The notes under the pieces are model-generated. The model was not told the origin of the DNA, searched no databases, and saw nothing but the letters and a program-made list of their open reading frames with translations. From Acidobacteriota bacterium (GTDB lineage: Bacteria > Acidobacteriota > Blastocatellia > RBC074): DNA of 54,976 bases. Of this stretch, positions 10,401 through 19,408 are shown piece after piece. The stretch's first letter is position 1, and each line of letters starts with the position of its first letter. The position numbers and the translations under genes were made by a program. Location: assembly GCA_043718445.1 (NCBI GenBank), contig JAYSVR010000186.1, positions 1-54,976 on the forward strand, read 5' to 3'.

Positions 10401-10613
10401 GGCTTCCGCAATCGTACGTCGTTGAGTAACGCGGTCGCCACCTTTGGCGGAACCGAAGCGCCGCTGCTTTACGCTGGCCCACAAGGCGGCTTCGTCGGAC
10501 TTGATCAACTTAACGTACGCATCCCCGCTTCATTACGCGGACGTGGCGATGTCAGCATCAACGTTACGCTCGAAGGGCTGACTTCCAATACGGTCACACT
10601 CAACTTCCGCTAA
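7479..10613 (+). CDS. Large secreted mosaic protein: DUF11-like repeat, CarboxypepD_reg-like units, BACON-like unit, FG-GAP/VCBS repeats and a TIGR03437-like C-terminal domain
   Basis: The ATG at 7479 has AGGAG upstream; the ORF track starts at a TTG at 7398. Signal peptide MRIRLARFACLMVSVCGACVLAQ. Six ADF(N/T)xDGxxDLL-type FG-GAP motifs are present. Also seen are CQYSVSP...ARCPWTATS, IAGRVTDSQGQALSNVTINV and a C-terminus reading ...APGLFTADASGKG...LLLYGTGFRN...LLYAGPQGGFVGLDQLNVRIP. Confidence 0.85.
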   Translation: MRIRLARFACLMVSVCGACVLAQWTTRTVQGEVSRQSQINSRVRSVSAQAPARPKAPKAEADLHLSVQVERNVVQKGNNYAYSLTVNNLGPAPATGVKFTSQLPGAMSYIVANPTQGSCFNSAGAITCNLGTIAVNEPASILVGVFINDRATLGTTLAYNASVASEQTDPQTANNQIRVNTLVSNKATIAGRVTDSQGQALSNVTINVTGSASSSRTTDAQGNYLFDELASGGNYTVTPASVGYWFDPASRIYPEFSTDQTANFVAITCQYSVSPTTLNIPSGGGNASVAVTTTARCPWTATSQSPWITITTAGTGNIGNGQLQISVASTAEARTGRIVIAGNGVAGQEVAVYQVAGSCPVPVFRPATMLTRDITPDSQPFAADFNKDGLSELLVFRPPTASERPIAIYTLEENTNGWRLWSELRAPLGALTPAAADFNGDGFMDLLLVSSGAGANATGQLYLGNGRGGWDLPDRFPLSLRPLSVQQIYTPDLNRDGRADIVLNGGGSLAFITLAQADNRADGRMLAPADMNLGSDSLLALADFTGDGDVDLLTGNGAQLRLHLGGFIGAKPPIVTQLEFAPTVYAAADFTGDNRADLLIGKDRLLDNTLSVLPVTASGKFDLPIATNLGQTLGNGTYQFIVDDFNSDARMDVMLFINAATRLFIAGDGAGRLAPPIGIELPFESRSFVAGRFTRDNSLDLFALGQGQFANQLLLYANTCGHPLLMIYGRIVESGSQRGVANVKLNLTGNKTATATTDVGGYYEFNSLPARFGYVVATESNEFDFNPSRNENTYLTKDQQFNFQARRRLAVVSAASYDAAISSDAIITIFGASLAATVQVATTAILPESLANVSVTFTDANQTVYSAKLFFVSPSQINLLTPSGLAPGAYKVTVRYGQQELVSTIRIDAIAPGLFTADASGKGLPSAIVLRVAANGRQTYESAVRYDNTRGQFVAIPIDLSNTSEQVFLLLYGTGFRNRTSLSNAVATFGGTEAPLLYAGPQGGFVGLDQLNVRIPASLRGRGDVSINVTLEGLTSNTVTLNFR

Positions 10614-10616
10614 AAA

Positions 10617-10645
10617 AGTAGGGCAAGTATTTAACTTGCCCTACT
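10617..10645. terminator. Hairpin terminator (12-bp stem) immediately after the stop at 10613
   Basis: agtagggcaagt-attta-acttgccctact, with an A-run upstream and AT-rich sequence downstream. Confidence 0.55.
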
Positions 10646-11190
10646 ATAAAATGCATCAGTTCGCTATCCGAAAAAAACTCATATGGTGGCAGCCCGAGAA
10701 TCTCGCTTATTGGCAGGCATTTTGACCGCAAAGAACCCAGGGCTGGCTAAGGTGTAAAGCCCATTGCAGACCTTGCAAGATGCGTTACGCTTTTATAGCG
10801 CCTCGGCAAATTTGCGTAACGTAGGTTTAATTGAATCGTATCCCTTCGGCAATTGGGCGTCGTACGAAATAAAAATCAGCACGCACGCACACCGGGTTAT
10901 GGCGGAGTGAATTTCATTCTCCCACAGGCTGCTAGGCGAAATAGTATTCTGAGGAGGTGATTGCCTGAAACTTCGCTTTTTGAAGCGCGGAGTGAACTGA
11001 AAATGGATAAGGGGCAATGCCGGTCATCAAAAAATGGTTTGGGGCAACGGTAGGCGCGCAAAGCAAATCCCTAAATGTTTTCCGCTGGAACAAATCTTAT
11101 GACTCGGTAAACTCGCGCGACAAATTCACGAAGTTGACTTACCCTCGCCGCACACTTTTTTTCACAACCCAACTTTCAGGAGACCCCAAA

Positions 11191-12465
11191 ATGAAACCCA
11201 TCTTTGCGGCATCGCTGCCGCTTCTTTGTTTGCTCGCCTTCGTCTCGTTGGCCCAAACGCCCAAAGTCACTGCGATCAAAGCCGCGCGCGTACTCGATGT
11301 GCGCACCGGCCAGATGATTGCGAACGCTACGATCTTGATCGAAGGCGAACGCATCACCGCCGTCGGCGCGAATGTGACTGTGCCTGCCAATGCCGAAGTC
11401 ATTGATCTCAAGACGATGACCGTGCTGCCCGGCTTGATTGATTGTCACACGCATCTCACGTTTGCGCCGGGCGTCGGCGGCGTATCAGGCCTTACGCAAT
11501 CTATCCCGCGCCAAGCCTTGATCGGCGCGAAGAACGCGCGCATCACCTTGCAGGCAGGCTTCACCACCGTGCGCAACGTGGGCGCAAGCGGGTATTCAGA
11601 CATAGCTTTGCGCGATGCGATCAATGCGGGAGACGTGCCCGGCCCGCGCATCATTGCGTCAGGCCCTTCGCTCGGCATCACCGGCGGACATTGCGACGAC
11701 AACTATCTTCCGTGGGAGTTTCACCACAAGGCCGATGGCGTAGCGGACGGCGTTGAAAACGTGATGGCGAAAACGCGCGAAGTCATTAAATACGGCGCGA
11801 ACGTCATCAAGATTTGTTCGACGGGCGGCGTGCTGTCATTGGGCGATGACCCAAAGGCGGCTGAGTTCACGTTCGAAGAAATGAAGACCATCGTCAGCGA
11901 AGCGCATCGCCTCGGACGCAAAGTCGCCGCGCACGCCCACGGCGGCGAAGGCCTCAAACAGGCCGTGCTGGCAGGCGTGGATTCTATCGAACACGGCACT
12001 TACATTGACGACGAAGGCATTCGATTGATGAAAGAGAAAGGCACTTATCTCGTACCGACGATTTACCTGACTGAATGGTTTATGGAAAATTACGAGAAGC
12101 TCGGCCTGCCTGCGCAAATCATCGCCAAAGCCAAAGAGGTCATGCCCGCGATGAAAAAGAATCTCACGCACGCCATTCAACAGGGCGTTCCGGTCGCCTT
12201 CGGCACTGACGCCGCTGTCTATCCGCACGGACTCAACGCGCGCGAATTCGCCGTGCTGGTGCGGATGGGATTGACGCCGCTGCAAGCCATTCAAACGGCG
12301 ACGGTGCATGCTTCAAAACTTATAGGTCAGGATGATCGCCTCGGCGCAGTCGAAGTCGGCAAGCTGGCTGATCTGATTGCGGTCGAAGGCGATCCGACCA
12401 AAGACGTGACTACGTTGGAACGGGTGAAGTTCGTGATGAAAGGCGGCGCGGTGTTTAAGCAATGA
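11191..12465 (+). CDS. Secreted metal-dependent amidohydrolase (imidazolonepropionase / Xaa-Pro dipeptidase-like superfamily)
   Basis: The ATG at 11191 has AGGAG 8 nt upstream. Signal peptide [22 protein letters not shown]. Motifs include [16 protein letters not shown] and FGTDA. Confidence 0.8.
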   Translation: MKPIFAASLPLLCLLAFVSLAQTPKVTAIKAARVLDVRTGQMIANATILIEGERITAVGANVTVPANAEVIDLKTMTVLPGLIDCHTHLTFAPGVGGVSGLTQSIPRQALIGAKNARITLQAGFTTVRNVGASGYSDIALRDAINAGDVPGPRIIASGPSLGITGGHCDDNYLPWEFHHKADGVADGVENVMAKTREVIKYGANVIKICSTGGVLSLGDDPKAAEFTFEEMKTIVSEAHRLGRKVAAHAHGGEGLKQAVLAGVDSIEHGTYIDDEGIRLMKEKGTYLVPTIYLTEWFMENYEKLGLPAQIIAKAKEVMPAMKKNLTHAIQQGVPVAFGTDAAVYPHGLNAREFAVLVRMGLTPLQAIQTATVHASKLIGQDDRLGAVEVGKLADLIAVEGDPTKDVTTLERVKFVMKGGAVFKQ

Positions 12466-12607
12466 TGTAAACCCAGTCGGCCTTTGAATCCTTGACAGCC
12501 CATAGTGAAGCGCATACAACGCTGCCCGTGCAATAAGCTGGTCATCACATAATCTTTCAATCTTTAGTTGTCTAAAAAGCGGTCAAGCATTCTGGCAAAC
12601 AGATCGT

Positions 12608-13789
12608 ATGGCGAATCTCTGGACGGTGAAAGCAGGCGAAATCAGCGCATCGGTTTCACGGAGCCGCCGGGAATTCCTGCGGTCGCTCACCGGCGCTGCC
12701 TGCTATCGGCCGTCTTTAAGTTTTTCTGGTAGTGCTTCCGCGCGGCCATCTGCACTCGGCCTGCAACGCCCCGCGCAACGGGCCATCGTTGTGACATTCG
12801 GCGGAGGCTGCCGCGATGAAGAAACGCTCACGCCGCAAGGTCAGCAAAACGTTCCTTATCTTCTCGGTGAACTGCTTCCGCAAGGCACCTTCTTCACGCA
12901 TGTTGAGAATCGCGGCATTCTGGGCCATTACGTCGCCACGGCCAGTCTGACCACCGGCGTCTATGAAACCTTTGATAATTTCGCCTCGGTTCCGCCGCAA
13001 TCCCCGACGGTCTTCGAATACTTTCGCAAGGATTTGAAACGTCCTTTGCACGATGCCTGGGTCGTCGCGCCCAGCAATGGATTCAATCGCATCGGCAGCA
13101 GCGACGTGCGCTCTTTCGGGCCGGGCTATGGCGCTCAGGTGGTTCTGCCCAAACGCTTTCTCAAACAGGCGCTGGCATCTGGTACGGCGGGCGATTACGC
13201 GCGTCTGTTGCAGGACAATTACGAGACGCCGCTGTTCAGTCCGCAGGTCGCTGATAGCAAGCTCTCGCTCGACGAATTCGCGGAGTTGCTCAACCTTTCG
13301 GTCAAGGATTTTGTCACGCAGGCGCTCACGCTTTCGAGTGCGGACGAGCTTTCGCTTTACGTAGCGAAGCGGCTCATGCGCCGCTATGCTCCAAGTCTGC
13401 TCTGGATCACGCTGCACGATATGGATGTCGCGCACGCTGGCTGCTATTCGCTGTATGTCGAAGGCATTCAACGCACCGATCGCCTGTGCCGCGAGATTTG
13501 GCGAACGATTCAAAGCGAGCCGGAGTATGCCGGTAAAACAGCATTATTCATCTTGCCGGATTTTGGCCGCGATTCGGATGACAGCATTGGCGGCAACGGA
13601 TTCCAGCACCACCGCACGGGAGACGCGCTGTCGCGCACGACCTGGATGTTGGCGCTGGGGCCGGGCATTCACGCCAATCGTGTAGTGGATCGTCCGGTCG
13701 CGCCCTTGGATGTCGTACCAACGCTCGGTGCCATGCTTGGCTTCGATGCCAAGATGGCGCGCGGCAAACCGCTGAACGAACTGCTCTAA
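12608..13789 (+). CDS. Tat-signal protein, probably an alkaline-phosphatase-superfamily (phosphodiesterase-like) metalloenzyme
   Basis: Twin-arginine-like SRREFLRSL. Motif layout is VVTFGGGCRDEET ... ITLHDMDVAHAG ... FILPDFGRDSDD ... GFQHHRTGD. The functional call is tentative. Confidence 0.6.
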   Translation: MANLWTVKAGEISASVSRSRREFLRSLTGAACYRPSLSFSGSASARPSALGLQRPAQRAIVVTFGGGCRDEETLTPQGQQNVPYLLGELLPQGTFFTHVENRGILGHYVATASLTTGVYETFDNFASVPPQSPTVFEYFRKDLKRPLHDAWVVAPSNGFNRIGSSDVRSFGPGYGAQVVLPKRFLKQALASGTAGDYARLLQDNYETPLFSPQVADSKLSLDEFAELLNLSVKDFVTQALTLSSADELSLYVAKRLMRRYAPSLLWITLHDMDVAHAGCYSLYVEGIQRTDRLCREIWRTIQSEPEYAGKTALFILPDFGRDSDDSIGGNGFQHHRTGDALSRTTWMLALGPGIHANRVVDRPVAPLDVVPTLGAMLGFDAKMARGKPLNELL

Positions 13790-13804
13790 ATCGAAGTACA
13801 AAAG

Positions 13805-13919
13805 AATTGGACAGGATTGACAAGATTTTCAGGATTCACAGGATGAAGGAAACGTTGCAATGCCTGTGTCTATTGCTGAATCCTGTGAATCCTGAAAATC
13901 CTGTCAATCCTGTCCAATT
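13805..13919. repeat. Long imperfect hairpin repeat (40-bp arms, 35-nt loop) built from reiterated aatcctgt-type motifs
   Basis: The left arm aattggacaggattgacaagattttcaggattcacaggat is the reverse complement of atcctgtgaatcctgaaaatcctgtcaatcctgtccaatt, with one mismatch. Confidence 0.9.
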
Positions 13920-13963
13920 TCTTTCGTACCAATCTTGGTTGCTCTGATTTTGCTTCATGTCAA

Positions 13964-16918
13964 TTGCTATCCAGGAAAACCATTTCAGCAACTACCCGCT
14001 ATTCGTTCAGCGCCGAATACGGTCGCGCAGGCGGCGCGGTGTTGAACGCTTCGATGAAATCGGGCACGAATAACTATCGCGGTACGCTGTGGGAGTTTTT
14101 GCGCAACGAATCACTCGATGCGAACAGCTTTCGCAACAACCTAACCCAAATCAAACAAACCGACGGCACATTCGAGGGCGTCAGAAAACCGAAATATCGC
14201 CAGCACCAGTTCGGCGGCGCGGTGGGCGGCCCGATTATAAAAGGCAAAACGTTTTTCTTCGGCGACTTTGAAGGGACGCGCATTAAACAAGGCCGCTCCA
14301 TCGTGGCTAACGTACCGTCGGCGTTGCAACGTTCCAGCGGCTACACCGATTTTTCTGATTTGATTACGCGGCAAGGCAACCGCACGCTCGCCTCTCCTGA
14401 CGCGCTGGGCCGTTCGATTTTTCAAGGCACGATTTTCGATCCGGCGACGACACGGCGCGTGACTTCGGGAACGGTTGATCCGGTCTCGGGACTCACCGCG
14501 ACTCGCACCGCATTCGTACGCGATCCTTTCCCGAACAATCGCATTCCGGCGGGACGCTTGAGCGCCAACGCGATCAAGCTGATGAATTTGTACCCGAACG
14601 AAAACGTCATTCAGGCGGGTACGGCGGGTAACAACTACAACACGGTGCGCACGTTGACTGATAACGGCAATTCATTCGATGTGCGGCTCGACCATCACTT
14701 CAGCGAGAAAGATCACGTCTTCGGACGCTATAGCTGGGCTGACATTGTGCGCTTCCGTCCCGGCCCGTTCGAGGGCGCAGCCGATGGTGGCGCTTATGGC
14801 GACGGCGATGAAACGGTCCGCACGAACGGACTCGCGGTGAGTCATACGCACACGTTCTCACCGACGTTGTTGAATGAAGTGCGCTTCGGTTTCAGCCGCG
14901 AAAGTTCCAATCGTTTGCCTCCGCTAGGCAACGACACCAGCAACATTCCGGGATCGTTCGGCATTCCGGGCATTCCCCAGGTCGAGGGCAACGGCGGTCT
15001 GCCGACACTGAACGTTGGCGGTCTGACTCGTCTGGGTGCCTCTAACTGGCTGGTTGCCGACCGTCTCAGCAACACGACGCAACTCACCGACAACCTGACG
15101 AAAACTTATAAAAACCACACGTTCAAAGGCGGCTTTCAATATCAATACATTGATTTCCCGTGGGCCGGCCCGCCCTTCGCGCGTGGCAACTTCGTATTCA
15201 ATGGCAACTACACGTCATCGCCCGGACTCGGTGATGGCAGCACGGGGCGCGCGCAGTTCCTGTTGACGCCGATTCGCTCTACCGTACCCGGCGGCGTTGA
15301 TCTCGTCGGCGGCATCAATCAGTTGCAGGCTTCGCCGTTCGGACGCATTCCGAACTATCGCAGCTACGGCGGCGCTTATTTTCAGGATGACTGGAAGTTC
15401 AATTCCAAGCTGACGCTCAATATCGGTTTGCGTTGGGAACATTTCAGTCTGACGAAAGCGCGCGATTCGGTGCAGGCCAATTTCGTGCCTGGCCCCGGCA
15501 AACCGCAATACATCATTCCGGCGAGTCGCCGCGACAATCCTAAAGTGTCGCAGAGCTTCCTCGACGGTTTGGCAAGCAACGGCATTGATCTCGTTTATTC
15601 TGACGAGTTCGGTTCTGGCATAGGCATCACGCAAAAGAAAAACTTCGGGCCGCGTTTCGGCTTCGCCTATCAGTTCAATTCCAAGCTGGTGGCGCGCGGC
15701 GGCTACGGCATCTATTACGGCGCGTTTGAAAATCGCGGCGGATTCCCGAATCTCGGATACAACTATCCCTTCCAATTCGATTTCAACTTCCAGGCGCCCA
15801 GCGACGCAGCGCCGCTGATTTATCCTGACGGTTCACCGGCTTCGCTCGAACGCGGTTTGCTCGGTGTGCCGCTTGATCCGACGCGGGTCAACGCCACTAA
15901 CTTGAACTTGCGCGGCATCGAGTTCCGTTACAAGACGCCTTACACGCAAGGCTATAACCTGATGGTGCAATACGAACTCGGCACGGGTAACTCGCTCGAA
16001 GTCGGCTACGTTGCCTCGCTCGGTCGCCATCTCGAAGCCTTCATCGGCACGAATTTGCAGAACAAAATTCTGCCGCCGGGACAAGGCTTGAATCCGCAGG
16101 ATCACGTACCGTTCAAGACCTTCGCGCGCGGTTCGTCTTACGCGGCGACGGCGGGCAACAGTCATTACCACGCGCTGCAATCGAAGTTCCAACGGCGCAT
16201 GGCTAAGGGCTTGGATATGCTCGTGTCTTACACTTACAGCAAGACGCTCACCAACGCGGGTGACCTGTTGAGCAACGGCGGCGCAGGCGGTTATCGAGCC
16301 GTAGGCATTCTGGGCATTTCGCCCGAAATGGCGCGCGCGAGTTTCGATGTGCGACACGGGCTAATTGTGAGCGGCAATTACGATTTGCCGTTCGGCAAGG
16401 GCAAACAGTTCCTGAACAGCATGAACAGCGTCGGCAACTTAGTGTTGGGCGGATGGAGTACGAACTTTATTTATTCGTATTACACCGGCCAGCCGCAAGT
16501 CATCGGTTGCACAATTGCGACGACCGAAGGGCTGGGCTGCAACTCGCTGAAAATCTCAGGCGCGAATCCTTATCAGGACACGCGTGACGCGCAGGGTTAC
16601 AAAGTGATTTGGAATCCGGCGGCGTTCACCAATCCGCCGCGCGCCACGGCGATTGGACAAACCGATCTTTCTCCGTTGGGCGGAGGCCGCAATCAACTCA
16701 GCGGCCCTTCGCAATTCGGCATTGATTTTTCGGTGTTCAAGAGCTTCCAGATCACCGAACGCATCCGCTCGGAATTCCGCGCGGAGATGTTCAACCTAAC
16801 GAATACGCCGACGTTCAACCTTCCGACCTCGAACTTCCAGGCGGCCAATTTCGGACGTCTCGAATTCCAGCGGAACAATCCGCGTCAGGTGCAACTGGCG
16901 CTGAAGCTGTATTTCTAA
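13964..16918 (+). pseudogene. TonB-dependent receptor, beta-barrel part only (N-terminal signal, regulatory and plug region missing)
   Basis: The ORF opens directly in the conserved ...SAEYGRAGGAVLNASMKSGTN... segment with no signal peptide. It ends with the typical barrel terminus ...QLALKLYF. The upstream frame is closed and occupied by the hairpin repeat. Confidence 0.55.
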
Positions 16919-16929
16919 AAACTATGACC

Positions 16930-16972
16930 GGCCTGTAGTCACGCCTTCTGGCGTGGCTACAGGCCTTTTTCA
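16930..16972 (+). terminator. Rho-independent terminator
   Basis: ggcctgtagtcacgcc-ttct-ggcgtggctacaggcc is followed by tttttcatttt. Confidence 0.8.
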
Positions 16973-16984
16973 TTTTCAGGTGAT

Positions 16985-18088
16985 ATGAGTTTTATCGCAG
17001 CGGCGAACCTGACCATTTGTTTTTTGCTATGTTCCTTGCCTGCCTTTGCGCAAAAAGCTGTTGCGCCCAACCCTGCCTCGCTCGAAATCAAACTAAAGCA
17101 AGCCTTAAAAGCTGAACCTGAAAGTTTCGCCGCCAATTACCAGTTGGGTGAATTTTATTTGCAGCAAAAGCGATTGGCCGTAGCGATTCCTTATCTCGAA
17201 AGAGCGCAAACGCTCGACGCGCAACATTACGAATGCCGCCACGATCTCGCGTTGGCTTATGTGTTGACAGGCGCTGCCGCGAAAGCCCGCACGCAGCTCA
17301 AAGCGACGTTGCAATTGCGCGACGCGGCTGAATTGCACGCCCTGCTGGGCGAAGTCGAAGAGCAAGCCGGTGACGTCGCCGCTGCCGCCACGGCCTATCA
17401 TCGCGCCGCTGAACTTGAACCCAGCGAAAAGCATTTGCTCAGTCTCGGCAACCTGTTAATTCGCTCTAGCAATTACGTTGAGGCGCTTCAGTACTTTTCT
17501 TACGGGCTGCAAAAATACCCACGCTCGGCCCAACTCAAAGTCGGGCTGGGCATCACCGAATACTCACAGGGCAAATATGAGCAGGCCGTCAAAACCTTGT
17601 GCGAAGCCGCCGACCTTGACCCCAGCGATCATCGTCCCTTTTTGTTTTTAGGCGAGATGTATGGCGTCGCGCCTGCGCTTGCTGATGACATAACTAAGCG
17701 CATGGCTGAGTTCGTCGAACGGCATCCGCAAAACGCGCAGGCGCATTATTACTACGCGATCAATCGCTGGCGTGGACGCCGCAACGGCGAGGCCGTAGAG
17801 GCGCTCGACCAAATCGAAAAGTCGCTGCTGACCGCCGTGCGACTTGATCCGAAACTAACCGAAGCACACTTTGAACTCGGCGTGCTTTATGCCGAACAAC
17901 AACGATATCAGCCCGCCATCGCTGCGTTGCGCCGAGCCATCACGTTAAAGCCTGAACACGCCAAAGCGCATTACCGCTTGATGCAGGTTTATCAACGCAC
18001 CGGACAAAAGGCGCTGGCGAAGCGCGAACAGGAAATTCATCAACGGCTAAATGCAGCCGCAGCGCAGGCAACGGCTCCGGTAAAGTAA
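16985..18088 (+). CDS. Secreted tetratricopeptide-repeat (TPR) protein
   Basis: Signal peptide MSFIAAANLTICFLLCSLPAFAQ. Repeated A..Y..A...P....A...LG-type TPR helices occur throughout. Confidence 0.8.
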   Translation: MSFIAAANLTICFLLCSLPAFAQKAVAPNPASLEIKLKQALKAEPESFAANYQLGEFYLQQKRLAVAIPYLERAQTLDAQHYECRHDLALAYVLTGAAAKARTQLKATLQLRDAAELHALLGEVEEQAGDVAAAATAYHRAAELEPSEKHLLSLGNLLIRSSNYVEALQYFSYGLQKYPRSAQLKVGLGITEYSQGKYEQAVKTLCEAADLDPSDHRPFLFLGEMYGVAPALADDITKRMAEFVERHPQNAQAHYYYAINRWRGRRNGEAVEALDQIEKSLLTAVRLDPKLTEAHFELGVLYAEQQRYQPAIAALRRAITLKPEHAKAHYRLMQVYQRTGQKALAKREQEIHQRLNAAAAQATAPVK

Positions 18089-18153
18089 GGGGCGTTAAAA
18101 ATTAAACCTCCAGACCGTAGGGGCATCGGGTGGCAGGAAGGTAGCGCTGGTTG

Positions 18154-18309
18154 GCAGCAATTCCCGGTTTAGCTTTAGCCACAAGAAAGCACAAAAGACA
18201 CAAAAAGAATCAACCGGCAGCTTTTGTGGTTTCTGTGCTTTTTTGTGGCGAATGCCCTTCAGGTTTGAGGGGGCGCCATTGTCTGGCGACTTCAAACCGG
18301 GAATTGCTG
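18154..18309. repeat. Composite nested inverted repeat (outer 16-bp arms plus an inner ~29-bp imperfect hairpin of the gccacaaNaaagcaca family)
   Basis: The outer arm gcagcaattcccggttt (18154-18170) pairs with aaaccgggaattgctg (18294-18309). The inner arm gccacaagaaagcacaaaagacacaaaaag pairs with cttttgtggtttctgtgcttttttgtggc. Confidence 0.85.
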
Positions 18310-18356
18310 ACTGGTTGGGAGCCCGCGTTACCTCTCCCTGCCTTTCTTTTACGTCT

Positions 18357-18680
18357 TCAGGTCGGCGGCAACTCAGCCGATACTTTGGGCTTGATGGTTT
18401 TGGTGGTTTGAATGGATGGCGATGCTGACTGCGTTGCGGCAGGCACTTTGTCGGGCAGCCAATCACCGGTAAAAACTTCGATCACATTTTTGGCAGTGCC
18501 AATCAGCGGCGTCGCATCCAGCGCCGTATTCACGATGCCGCGCAGCAAGCCCTTTTTCTTCACTTCATAGCCAACCATTCCCACGGTCACGGCTACGCCG
18601 ACGACGGGCAAGGCTTTGCCGATTTTTTTCACGATGCGCATGCCACCCGCCCGCGCCAAACTGCGTAAGAGATTTGCCAT
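18357..18680 (-). CDS. Small membrane-associated protein of unknown function, with a segment reminiscent of a pre-toxin TG (PT-TG) motif
   Basis: Its start overlaps the upstream stop (TGATG). One hydrophobic helix ALPVVGVAVTVGMVGY. The segment ALDATPLIGTAKNVIEVFTGDW resembles PT-TG as I remember it, which is weak support. Confidence 0.55.
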   Translation of the reverse strand: MANLLRSLARAGGMRIVKKIGKALPVVGVAVTVGMVGYEVKKKGLLRGIVNTALDATPLIGTAKNVIEVFTGDWLPDKVPAATQSASPSIQTTKTIKPKVSAELPPT

Positions 18681-19228
18681 CAGCTTGCTTTCTTTTGTTC
18701 GGCCTGCACGCGTTTATTCAACCACTTGGCGATGCGTTCGATGTAAGGCCGCATCGGTTTGAAAAACTTTGCGCGCCAATCGTTTTGGCTCTCGCGCCAC
18801 GTCAAATGGTATTTCTCGACGTACGTGCGAATCTTGCCTTCGTACTGATTTTTCTTGATGCCGTGCGACAGCGTGAAGTGGTAATGCTGCGCGATCAGCG
18901 AATAAATCGAAGACGCCAGATTCGCCTTGAACGCCGCTTTGGCCGCGTAGCGTTTCACCCATTTTTCGTTCGACATCAACAGGATGCCCGCTGCGACTTC
19001 GAGCCACGGTTGCGCGCCGCCTTGTTTCGGATGATAAAGCGCGGGCAGGGCTTGCGCCTGTTCGGCATAACCCGACAACCGCGAATCGAGTTTGATGGTG
19101 TCCACAAAAACCAGCCGTGCGAGGCCGCGCTTATGTTCGCCGGGGATGATGCTCAAAATGTTTTCTACGACTTGCTCAATGTCTTTGGGCAACTTTTGTG
19201 TAGACTGATTCTCAACCTTAATACTCAT
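18680..19228 (-). CDS. Hypothetical protein (182 aa), no recognisable family
   Basis: The ATG has GGAG about 8 nt upstream. K/E-balanced composition, in contrast to the Arg-rich opposite-strand ORF. It is translationally coupled to the downstream small gene. Confidence 0.6.
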   Translation of the reverse strand: MSIKVENQSTQKLPKDIEQVVENILSIIPGEHKRGLARLVFVDTIKLDSRLSGYAEQAQALPALYHPKQGGAQPWLEVAAGILLMSNEKWVKRYAAKAAFKANLASSIYSLIAQHYHFTLSHGIKKNQYEGKIRTYVEKYHLTWRESQNDWRAKFFKPMRPYIERIAKWLNKRVQAEQKKAS

Positions 19229-19290
19229 TCAAAATAACTCCGCTAAGAGCTTGTTTTGAAAATGAATATCTGCCTTCTACTTGACGGGGA

Positions 19291-19365
19291 TTTCGCCACA
19301 AAAAAGCACAAGAGACACAAACTCTTTCTTTCCTTTTGTGGGTTCTGTGCTTCTTCGTGGCGAAA
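19291..19365. repeat. Second copy of the gccacaaNaaagcaca-type hairpin repeat
   Basis: tttcgccacaaaaaagcacaagagacacaaa pairs with ttttgtgggttctgtgcttcttcgtggcgaaa. It has the same orientation and consensus as the inner hairpin at 18178-18249. Confidence 0.85.
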
Positions 19366-19408
19366 TCTCTTTCAAGCCAAAGCGGATATTCAATTTCCCA
19401 ACTTGCTT

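Noticed and set aside
10793-11017. 74-aa minus-strand ORF in the spacer before the amidohydrolase gene
   Set aside because: It has no RBS and no recognisable motifs. It lies in an otherwise AT-richer promoter region.
12716-13513. 265-aa minus-strand ORF
   Set aside because: It is antisense to the Tat-signal alkaline-phosphatase-like gene. It is Arg-rich and has no start context.
18674-19237. 187-aa plus-strand ORF overlapping the cassette
   Set aside because: It is Arg-rich with no RBS. The minus-strand ORF has an ATG with GGAG and is coupled to the downstream gene.
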